64,000 nt of DNA, taken from positions 59,840-123,839 of IMG/VR virus record IMGVR_UViG_3300037067_004608; one strand, written 5' to 3'. This DNA comes from a virus (lineage: Duplodnaviria > Caudoviricetes). The position numbers and the translations under genes were made by a program. Each line of letters starts with the position of its first letter. Position 1 is the first letter of the stretch. Below are positions 18,426 through 26,761 of the stretch, in pieces. Below the pieces are notes generated by a model, which was given only the letters and a program-made list of their open reading frames with translations, did not search any database and was not told the origin of the DNA.

Positions 18426-19288
18426 TAAGTGGTAACGATGGTAGAGAAGAAGTTGTTCTAACTCCTAAACAAGAGAAGCTTGTTGTTTACATTCGTCGCT
18501 TATATGACACACTTGGTGCACAAGCTACAGATGCAATCTTTAGCAGATGTGGAATAAGAGCTTTGCTAAAGGAGAAGTCTCAGGTTGATACGCACGAAGA
18601 GAAAATGAAAAAAAGAAGAGAAAGGAAGAAAGCAAAAGAAGATGATGATCCAATAGCTGCTCTACTTGGAAGATTAACAGAAAGTGATCAAGAAGATGAA
18701 TGCAGCTGTATAGGGTGCAGAGCAAGGAGAAGTAGCACACACAATTATCTTTGGGTAACAGATTCTATCCAAGATTCGATAAGGCACGATATGGGAGATC
18801 TGTTTCTAAAGACTCCTCCTGCTCTTGGAAGAGAAGTCCTAGTTGGCATATTTACAAAGGCAATGGCACTTGGATATGTTCTAGGTAGAGATGAAAAGAA
18901 GATAACATCTGGAAAGTATGATGCAGAACTTGACCAGATAGATCGTCTGAATGCAGTAAATAACCTAGACAAAATGCTTGAGTCAACTGAAGGGATGATG
19001 AATATAGAAGGAGACTCTCCAATAGCACAAATGGTGTCGATGGCTTCTGAAGAGGCAAGAGAAGTCATAAAGATAATGAAGAAGTTTATCTTGAATGCAA
19101 TAATACCTCCTGGTGAGGTTCACCACATAGCTTCTTCTATCCAGCAAGACCATATGGCTAGTAAACTTCCCTCATTCTTAGGTGGAACAGGAGAACCATT
19201 CAGCATCACTGAGAGACTCGAAGAGTGCCTATCAGAAAGAGAGCAAAGCATAAAGCGTCTAAGGGATGCATTGGAGCAAAAACAATAA
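18419..19288 (+). CDS. Hypothetical protein
   Basis: GGAGG RBS; TAATG coupling to PHP gene. Confidence 0.65.
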   Translation: MLISGNDGREEVVLTPKQEKLVVYIRRLYDTLGAQATDAIFSRCGIRALLKEKSQVDTHEEKMKKRRERKKAKEDDDPIAALLGRLTESDQEDECSCIGCRARRSSTHNYLWVTDSIQDSIRHDMGDLFLKTPPALGREVLVGIFTKAMALGYVLGRDEKKITSGKYDAELDQIDRLNAVNNLDKMLESTEGMMNIEGDSPIAQMVSMASEEAREVIKIMKKFILNAIIPPGEVHHIASSIQQDHMASKLPSFLGGTGEPFSITERLEECLSEREQSIKRLRDALEQKQ

Positions 19289-20448
19289 TGGAGAACTTCG
19301 TCCACCTTCACGCTCACACAGAGTTTTCTGTTCTTGATGGGTTTGGTCTATTGACTAAGATTGTACAAGCAGCAAAGGAAAAGGGATTCCCTGCTCAGGC
19401 AATAACAGATCATGGAACAGCATCAGGAGTATTACAATTTCACAATCTATGTAGAAAGGCAGATATAAAACCTATTCTTGGTTGTGAGATGTATTTTGTT
19501 GATGACTGTAAAGTAAAACCAAGAACAAAAGATGAGATACAAGCCCTAACTTTGCCTTATGACAAAGAAACACAAAAAGTTATAAAGGCAAAGATCAAAG
19601 AAGAAGACAAGATAAAGAAAAAGAGAGACCATATAACAGTTCTTGTTAAGAATGAAATTGGATATAAGAACTTGATGAGTTTAGTCTCAGACTCTTTTTT
19701 GATAGGTTCAATAGAAGGTGGATTTGGAAGAATGATAGGCAGGGCAGATTGGAGCCTTCTGGATAAATATAGAGAAGGTCTTATACTAATGACTGCCTGC
19801 ACAAGTGGAATACTCGCTAGACCTCTTATTGATGTAAAAGAGGAAAATAGTAAAGAGTTCAAAGAAGCATGCTGTAGAGCAATGAGACTCAAAGATATGT
19901 TTGGCGATGACTTATACATAGAGATAATGCCATTAGATATGCCAGACCAAAAGAAGGCAAATGTTGGTCTTGTAGGCATAGCAGATCAGATGGGCATAAA
20001 AATGGTAGCAACAAATGATTGCCATTATATCTCTAAAGAAGATTATGGTTCTCACGATGTTCTTCTGTGTATACAGCAAAATAAAGCTCTTGATGATCCA
20101 GATAGATGGTCTTTTGATGTTAAAGACTTATATATGAAAACAAGAGAAGAAATGCGGAAGTCTTTCTTAGAGAGGCATCAAGATATACCAGAAAGAACTA
20201 TTGAGATAAGTCTCGACACAACTCTTGAAGTTGCAGAAAAATGCGATTTCACTTTTCCGCGATGCGAACCAAGACTACCAAACATAGAGATAAGTGAATA
20301 TCAAGATTATCCAGAGTTTAGAAATTGGCAGAATGATGGTGGAGTTCTAGGTCTAAAGGATAATCTGGATGAATTTGCTAGGAAAGTTATAGAGGAGAAG
20401 GAGCTTGAGAAGGTAGAAGAACTGTCCAAAACATCGAAAGGGGTATAA
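19288..20448 (+). CDS. dnaE: DNA polymerase III alpha, stand-alone N-terminal PHP domain
   Basis: FVHLHAHTEFSVLDG, AITDHG, GCEMY, H.TVL, TACTSG, ATNDCHY; ends shortly after EVAEKC...RLP. Confidence 0.92.
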   Translation: MENFVHLHAHTEFSVLDGFGLLTKIVQAAKEKGFPAQAITDHGTASGVLQFHNLCRKADIKPILGCEMYFVDDCKVKPRTKDEIQALTLPYDKETQKVIKAKIKEEDKIKKKRDHITVLVKNEIGYKNLMSLVSDSFLIGSIEGGFGRMIGRADWSLLDKYREGLILMTACTSGILARPLIDVKEENSKEFKEACCRAMRLKDMFGDDLYIEIMPLDMPDQKKANVGLVGIADQMGIKMVATNDCHYISKEDYGSHDVLLCIQQNKALDDPDRWSFDVKDLYMKTREEMRKSFLERHQDIPERTIEISLDTTLEVAEKCDFTFPRCEPRLPNIEISEYQDYPEFRNWQNDGGVLGLKDNLDEFARKVIEEKELEKVEELSKTSKGV

Positions 20449-20450
20449 TT

Positions 20451-20921
20451 ATGACAAAACAGAATTTGGGAATTGTCGGTGTGCTTCTTCTCGTAGCAGT
20501 AACAGGAACATATCTTGTTACTACAGGAATAACAAGAGCTTCTGCAGCACCAATCCAGCTTATGGAAGGGCTTACTGCTGAATGGCAAGACGGTGGCTGG
20601 AAAATAGTAAGCACCCTCATTGATCCTGGAACAAAAGAAGGAACACAGATAACTCTAACTGCAGAAGCAGTGTACTATCGTGATGGAAGCGAAGTCCCAG
20701 AGTTATCAGTATCAGAGCCAGTTATTCTTACTGTTGGCAAAAGCGAATATAAGAAAGTATGGATGACAAAAGAAGCCATACCATCAACACTAAAAATAGC
20801 TGCTGAAACAGAAGGCTCTGGTGGTGCAGAAATAACAACTGACGGTAAACTCAAATGGTGGGTTACAACTAACAATGATGGAACAGAAAGAAGTTTCACA
20901 TTTAAGTTAGTTTTGAAATAG
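20451..20921 (+). CDS. Secreted or membrane-anchored beta-rich protein
   Basis: Signal peptide ending ASA-A; beta-strand-rich body. Confidence 0.7.
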   Translation: MTKQNLGIVGVLLLVAVTGTYLVTTGITRASAAPIQLMEGLTAEWQDGGWKIVSTLIDPGTKEGTQITLTAEAVYYRDGSEVPELSVSEPVILTVGKSEYKKVWMTKEAIPSTLKIAAETEGSGGAEITTDGKLKWWVTTNNDGTERSFTFKLVLK

Positions 20922-20930
20922 GAGAAACAA

Positions 20931-21236
20931 ATGGGATTGATAATCTTCTGCCTTCTCGCTTCTGCATCAATGGGTCTTATGGCCAAGCAGAGAGACACAA
21001 TCCTTTGTGGAGACCTTCGTGATGCATTCCACAAACAAGGTGAATTAGTAGCAGATATGAGATCAATACTAATTCAGCTTCAAGCTGCGAAAAACGAAAA
21101 ATCAGAACTTGTCAGGAAACTCAAAGTTATAGCAGCATTCGATGAACTAGAAAAGTTTTCAAAGAAACATCCAGAAGAGGTAATCCTTTGGCCAGAACAG
21201 ATGTCTACGACAACAAAAGAGTTGACGCAAGAGTAA
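20931..21236 (+). CDS. Membrane-anchored coiled-coil protein
   Basis: AGGAG RBS, hydrophobic N-terminus. Confidence 0.65.
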   Translation: MGLIIFCLLASASMGLMAKQRDTILCGDLRDAFHKQGELVADMRSILIQLQAAKNEKSELVRKLKVIAAFDELEKFSKKHPEEVILWPEQMSTTTKELTQE

Positions 21237-24200
21237 CAAAAGAACAGTTAGCTGGAACTGAACGACTAAGTGTCAAACTTGGAGATGACCATTTAATTGG
21301 CGCTGGTAACTTTCTGGCAGAATTACCAGAAGATCAGAAAATAGCATATGATGACATGTTTGAATTTATGCTTTTTCATATAGAAAAAGGATGGTTCAGA
21401 AAACTAGAAGGGAGAGTCCCAGAGGATAGGCGAGAAGATTATATGAAAAGGCTCAAATTTGAGAGCTTTGAAATATATCGCCTTGGTTTCGTTAAATATG
21501 TTCTAATAGTCTGGGACATATGCCAATATGCCAGGAAAATGGAAATACCGTTCAATGCTAGAGGATCAGCTAACGCATCTCTAGCATTATATTGTCTTGA
21601 TATCATTAGCTTGGACCCTATGGTATCTGGTCCAGGTGGTGAGTCTCTTATATTCACGAGGTTTATATCTCCAGATAGGATTGACTATCCTGATATTGAT
21701 CTTGACTTTGCAGATATCAGGAGGCCAGAAATCAAGGAATACTTGAATATCAAGTATGGAGAAGAATGTGTAGCAGAGATAGGAACTTTCATAACAATGA
21801 AGGGTAAGCAATGTCTACAAGATATTGCTAGAGTAAGGAAGATTTCAAAAAGAGAAACATCTCAGGTTTCAGCACTTATTGTACAAAGATCAGGTGGAGA
21901 TGCAAGAGCGGACTTTACAATTATGGATGCTTTTACAGCATTCCCTGCCTGTATATCATACCGAGAACGATACCCAGAAGCAATAGAGGATGCTGTTAAA
22001 TTAGAAGGACAGATACGAGGGCAGGGAGTTCACGCTTCAGGAGTTGTTGTAAGCAATAGACCATTAAGAGAAGATATACCACTTGGTGTAAAGAAAGATG
22101 GAACAAAGGTAGCAGGATTCGAGATGAAAGACACAGACTCTATGGGTCTGTTAAAACTCGATATTCTTGGCCTGAGAACACTAAGGGTTATAGCAGAAAC
22201 AGTTAAGTTAGTCAAGAATAGACACGACTTCACAATTTGTACATGCCAAGGGTGCAAAAAGGTAAATGAGATAGCAGAAAAGAAGAAACTTAGGATACAG
22301 AGTTTGCTTTCTCATATGTCTACTACAGATCCAATGCGAGCATATTGGGAAGAAGAACTCAAAAATGTCAAGCCTAATCTCGATGTCTGGTTTGAGGATA
22401 TAGACTACGATGATCAGGAAGTATTCAAACTCTTCCAGGAAGGATATACTCTTGGGATATTCCAATTTGAATCTAAAGGTTTCCAAAAGCTCTCAAGACG
22501 AGCTAAACCGAGGTCGGTCATTGACCTCGCAGACCTTAATGCGCTCCATCGCCCTGGCCCAATTCGGTCAGGAATTATGCATGAGTGGTTACTTAGACGA
22601 TCAGGGAAAAGCGATAATGTCCCAGTACATCCCTTCTACGATAAAGCCACCTTGGGAACCCAAGGTCTTATGCTCTACCAAGAACAAATAATGGGAATTG
22701 TCCACGATGTAGGTGGATTTGTCTGGTCAAAGACAGATATTATGCGCAAAGCTATATCAAAGTCTGTTGGCGAAGAGTTCATGAGAAGATTCAAAGTAGA
22801 CTTTGTAGCAGGTGCTGTAGAGAGAGGTATGGCAGAAGCAGACGCTGGTAAAGTATTTGACCAGATAATATCATTTGGATCATACTCATTCAACATGGCC
22901 CACGCTTCAGCTTATGCATACTTAGCATATCGCTGTGCTTTCCTAAAAACGTATTATACAACAGAGTTTCTACTTTGCGAAATCAATTCCCTTGGCTCCA
23001 CTGATGACAAGATTCACAATCTAATACAGGAAGCAAGGCGTGTTGGAGTTCCTGTACATCTTCCTGATATAAATAGAAGCAATGTTACATACTCTCTTGG
23101 GCAAAAAAGCATGAGAGCAGGATTCAGCTCTATAAAAGGAGTTGGACCAAAAGCAGCACAAAATCTTATAGACAATCAGCCATACAAAGACTGGAATGAC
23201 TTCAGAGAAAGAATAAACAGAAGACAAGTAAATAGCGGAACAATTTCAGCTTTAGTATCTTCTGGAGCATTCAAGAGTATGTATCCAAATACAAGAGTCC
23301 TTCTTGAGAACCTCCCTGTTCTACTTGGAGGAAAGCAAGAGATGATAGATTCAATACTTGAGATAGCTCAGCACACTGATCTTGAAGCATATCCACCTTA
23401 CACTGAAAGGGAAGAAACAGAACTTCAAATGGGAGTTCTTACTCTTCCAACAGAAGTAAATCCTCTTGACTTCTATAAAGATGTCTACGAAGCTATTGAT
23501 GACAGCCTTACTATAACTCCAATATCAGAATTGGATACAGAAACAAAAGGCTCTGTAATTCTGAAGGCAGTTATGAACAGTGTTAGTTATGGCTATCGGC
23601 AAGCAGGCAAAAAGGGAGATAATGAGGATGATGTTGATGAAGAATATAAAGGTGGCGCCTATGTAAATCTTGATGATGGAACAGACTTCATAATGGGAGT
23701 ATTCAATCCTGCTGTTTATGAGAGATACAAAGTATTTCTTGAAACAGCAGAAGGGTCGGCAGTTCTTGTAAAAGCTCGGAAAGGAAAGAATTCAGACAAA
23801 ATAGACATAGATGATGTAACTGTCCTTTCAGAGTTTCAAGAGAATTTGAAAGCAGGAAAGCACTCGAAGTTTGAACAATACTTATTGAATCCTCCTCTAA
23901 AGAAATACAAAGACTTAATTGAGTCTATGAAACTTTCTTCTATTGGAGATGTTGTAGACTCTCTTCCAAATGCTAAGAAAAGTGAACAAATGCGATTTGT
24001 CGGAGTCATCTCAAATCTTAGAGAACATAGAACTAAACATGGCGGACTAATGGCATTTGTTGCACTTGATGACAATCAAGATAGTGTTGAGCTTCTCGTT
24101 TGGCCAGAGGGATATGCAAAGTTCAAAAAGCACATAGTTCTAGGAGAACCCGTAGCAATAAAAGCTCACAAACTCGATCCAATGCCAGGAGGAAAAGACT

Positions 24201-24292
24201 ACAAGCTGCAACTATCTGCAGACCAAGAAGATAAGGTGTATTCTTTATCTGCTATACAAGAATACAATGAGAGAAAGGCAAGTGGACAATAA
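21188..24292 (+). CDS. dnaE: DNA polymerase III alpha, catalytic part (palm, fingers, HhH, OB)
   Basis: RGSANASL, PDIDLDF, HASGVV, KLDILGL, GIFQFES, YQEQIM, SFNMAHA; TTG start with GAGGT RBS. Confidence 0.93.
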   Translation: MARTDVYDNKRVDARVTKEQLAGTERLSVKLGDDHLIGAGNFLAELPEDQKIAYDDMFEFMLFHIEKGWFRKLEGRVPEDRREDYMKRLKFESFEIYRLGFVKYVLIVWDICQYARKMEIPFNARGSANASLALYCLDIISLDPMVSGPGGESLIFTRFISPDRIDYPDIDLDFADIRRPEIKEYLNIKYGEECVAEIGTFITMKGKQCLQDIARVRKISKRETSQVSALIVQRSGGDARADFTIMDAFTAFPACISYRERYPEAIEDAVKLEGQIRGQGVHASGVVVSNRPLREDIPLGVKKDGTKVAGFEMKDTDSMGLLKLDILGLRTLRVIAETVKLVKNRHDFTICTCQGCKKVNEIAEKKKLRIQSLLSHMSTTDPMRAYWEEELKNVKPNLDVWFEDIDYDDQEVFKLFQEGYTLGIFQFESKGFQKLSRRAKPRSVIDLADLNALHRPGPIRSGIMHEWLLRRSGKSDNVPVHPFYDKATLGTQGLMLYQEQIMGIVHDVGGFVWSKTDIMRKAISKSVGEEFMRRFKVDFVAGAVERGMAEADAGKVFDQIISFGSYSFNMAHASAYAYLAYRCAFLKTYYTTEFLLCEINSLGSTDDKIHNLIQEARRVGVPVHLPDINRSNVTYSLGQKSMRAGFSSIKGVGPKAAQNLIDNQPYKDWNDFRERINRRQVNSGTISALVSSGAFKSMYPNTRVLLENLPVLLGGKQEMIDSILEIAQHTDLEAYPPYTEREETELQMGVLTLPTEVNPLDFYKDVYEAIDDSLTITPISELDTETKGSVILKAVMNSVSYGYRQAGKKGDNEDDVDEEYKGGAYVNLDDGTDFIMGVFNPAVYERYKVFLETAEGSAVLVKARKGKNSDKIDIDDVTVLSEFQENLKAGKHSKFEQYLLNPPLKKYKDLIESMKLSSIGDVVDSLPNAKKSEQMRFVGVISNLREHRTKHGGLMAFVALDDNQDSVELLVWPEGYAKFKKHIVLGEPVAIKAHKLDPMPGGKDYKLQLSADQEDKVYSLSAIQEYNERKASGQ

Positions 24293-24540
24293 TGAGTTCA
24301 GAGACTCCTAAACCAAGAGAGTTTCCATTACCAAATGGTTGTACTTTATTTGTTGTAGATAACAAAGAAGTTGGAGGTAGACAATATATCTCTGATGAGA
24401 TTGGAGGAGGAGTCCCTGTCTGGAATACAGCACTTGTAGATTCATCCACTTTGATAGCTGCACTAAACGTAGAGAACACAATTGAAATAGAGGAGTTACA
24501 TGAAAAAAGAAAAAATGAAGCTAGAACCGACCCTAGCTAA
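24292..24540 (+). CDS. Hypothetical protein
   Basis: TAATG coupling. Confidence 0.65.
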   Translation: MSSETPKPREFPLPNGCTLFVVDNKEVGGRQYISDEIGGGVPVWNTALVDSSTLIAALNVENTIEIEELHEKRKNEARTDPS

Positions 24541-25570
24541 TATGATGTGCCATGAAGTTCCATCTGGAGAGACTTGGGACAATAAAGTCAGAATAGATGT
24601 TGGCTGTGGACTCAAAAAAAGACCTGGATATATAGGTCTTGATAAGGATGAAATCTGCAAACCAGATATAATTCATAATATCGAATATGGAGCAATTCCA
24701 ATAGAAGATAGTGTTGTAGATATTATATATACTTCGCACACTCTTGAACATCTTGAACCAGCAGGATATATCAATGCTATGAATCAGTTCTGGAGAATAC
24801 TTAGAACTGGTGGAACAATAGAGATCGTTGTACCATATTTCAGGACAAAAGTTGCAGTTCAAGACCCTGGACACAGAATGCAATTCTGTGAGGATTCATT
24901 CAAATATCTCGATCTAACCTCAAATCCACATCAGCATTATACTATTGAAGGATTTAAGTGCAACTTTGGCATAGTAGAAAATGAAATAAGAGGCAAAGAT
25001 TTTGAACATCTTATGCTACATGTAACTCTTGTAAAGAAAGAGATGCCACTTACAGAAGTTGATGGATTTGGAATGCACACAGATAAAGATCATACAAGAG
25101 GACATTTCCATGTAGGAGAACAAGAAGAATTCATGAATACTTCTCTTGGAATACAACACGAGTTTATTGAACTTATAGAGAAATATCCTGAGTTATTCAA
25201 TGTTGCAGCTGAATGTGCACAGCTAAGGGATGTACATGCAAAAGTAGCATTTAATGTCTTAGGAGAAGATGGCTTCATACAAGAAGTCCTTAATGTTCAA
25301 CGAAAGATGATACGAGTATATGGTATGGCTCTCAGTGGAGAAGGAACTGTTGAAATATGGAAACTAAGAAAGAACATGTTCGACCTTGTGAACTATTCTA
25401 TTGCAGCTCTTGAGACTCTTGATAAAGAGATAGAGAAAGGAAAGGTAGCTTTGACAAATATGGTTCCTGTAAATGGGAATCTAAACCATATGATAGAAGC
25501 TGCTATAAGGGACTCAGGAGGGTATCCCGAAGGCACTGTCATCAACCCCAAACTACTTTCGACTAGATGA
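24500..25570 (+). CDS. Class I SAM methyltransferase fused to a C-terminal helical DUF1599-like domain
   Basis: IDVGCG, SHTLEHL, RILRTGG, QDPGH; C-term RKMIR...FDLVNYSI. Confidence 0.75.
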   Translation: MKKEKMKLEPTLANMMCHEVPSGETWDNKVRIDVGCGLKKRPGYIGLDKDEICKPDIIHNIEYGAIPIEDSVVDIIYTSHTLEHLEPAGYINAMNQFWRILRTGGTIEIVVPYFRTKVAVQDPGHRMQFCEDSFKYLDLTSNPHQHYTIEGFKCNFGIVENEIRGKDFEHLMLHVTLVKKEMPLTEVDGFGMHTDKDHTRGHFHVGEQEEFMNTSLGIQHEFIELIEKYPELFNVAAECAQLRDVHAKVAFNVLGEDGFIQEVLNVQRKMIRVYGMALSGEGTVEIWKLRKNMFDLVNYSIAALETLDKEIEKGKVALTNMVPVNGNLNHMIEAAIRDSGGYPEGTVINPKLLSTR

Positions 25571-25622
25571 TAAATAACGAGGGTAGTATAAATATCTAGT
25601 CGAAAGAGAATCTTCCCCTAAA

Positions 25623-25925
25623 ATGGAAATACTCAGTTTCACACATTGGGCATCAGAATATATATCTGAGAAGGGATGGCGTGTCCCAGTGCTGATCTGC
25701 CAAGGTGGGTATATCAGGATTGGTATAGAAGTTTCATCCTTTTCAAGAATGAAGACATATGATGATTACCCTGTGGATTCTATAATAAAAGCTGATACGC
25801 CAGAGAAAGAGGCTAAACTCAAGATGCTAGTAAAAGTAAATCTTGATAGATTATACACTAGTCTCAAAGCTCTACATAGGCAAGAAGAAATGAAAGACGA
25901 GGTAAGAAAACAGCTTGGATACTGA
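25623..25925 (+). CDS. Hypothetical protein
   Basis: Operon tiling. Confidence 0.55.
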   Translation: MEILSFTHWASEYISEKGWRVPVLICQGGYIRIGIEVSSFSRMKTYDDYPVDSIIKADTPEKEAKLKMLVKVNLDRLYTSLKALHRQEEMKDEVRKQLGY

Positions 25926-26682
25926 TACTCCTAAAGTTCACCTAATTTCTGCAACTCCTAATCCCCGATCAATTCTTTCATTTTGTTGGTCGATAATCAA
26001 TGAACCAGGATTCCCAATAAATACTGATATCATTGATATGACAGAACTTGGAGAAGCAATAACATTTATTGACCCTGTTTCTGGTGCTGCTGGAGAGAAT
26101 ATAGAGACCATAGTTAGAGAGTTTCTCAAATCTGGTCTTGGCGGTCCACTAGAGATGATCAACTTTGTCTTTGGCTTTGAGGGAGTAACAAGAGCTTTTA
26201 CTCACCAAATGGTAAGAACAAGACTTGCAAGTTATATGCAGCAAAGCCAGAGATTCACAGACTTCGACGGAAATCTACCTGTTAAAATGCCTGATTCCAT
26301 CAAGAGTGATAACTGTGACGACAGTAGAGCTGAAGTTCTCTGGGAATCTGCTATAGGTAAAATAGAGTTTGTTTGCAAGGAGCTAAAGGCTCTTGGAATA
26401 CCAACACAAGATATTCGTGGATTATATCCTACAAATATAAAAACGAATATCATACAATGTATTGATTACAACGCTCTGAGACGGATGATGTCTCATAGAC
26501 TTTGTACACAAGCCCAGCAAGGTGAGTGGGCACCTGTAGCAGCACAGATAAAGCAAATAGTTACAAATTATGATCCTATTCTTGGGGAAGGTCTTGTAGC
26601 TGCGTGTCAGCTAACTGGCAAATGCGCATTTGATACTGTGCTAGATAGGGAATGCCCAAATAGAGAAGCCCTCAAAAAGTAA
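25915..26682 (+). CDS. Divergent ThyX-like flavoprotein
   Basis: GVTRAFTHQMVRTRLASYMQQSQRF (RTR in place of RHR), QDIRGLYP, RLCTQAQ.EW, C-terminal Cys cluster. Confidence 0.85.
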   Translation: MDTDTPKVHLISATPNPRSILSFCWSIINEPGFPINTDIIDMTELGEAITFIDPVSGAAGENIETIVREFLKSGLGGPLEMINFVFGFEGVTRAFTHQMVRTRLASYMQQSQRFTDFDGNLPVKMPDSIKSDNCDDSRAEVLWESAIGKIEFVCKELKALGIPTQDIRGLYPTNIKTNIIQCIDYNALRRMMSHRLCTQAQQGEWAPVAAQIKQIVTNYDPILGEGLVAACQLTGKCAFDTVLDRECPNREALKK

Positions 26683-26684
26683 AG

Positions 26685-26727
26685 TTTCCCTTGGCTGCCT
26701 CTGTGGCCGGAAGGTAGTCAAGGGAAA
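26685..26727. terminator. Long hairpin after ThyX-like gene
   Basis: TTTCCCTTGGCTGCCT/AGGTAGTCAAGGGAAA; no clear U-tract on the + strand. Confidence 0.4.
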
Positions 26728-26761
26728 TAACGCAGTAAATATATTGAAAGGTGGAAAACAG

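Noticed and set aside
20300-21400. Split intein, intron or frameshift fusion joining the dnaE halves
   Set aside because: No intein terminal motifs or intron core seen; the DnaE frame has a stop at 21143 and no canonical slippery heptamer in its overlap with ORF 20931.
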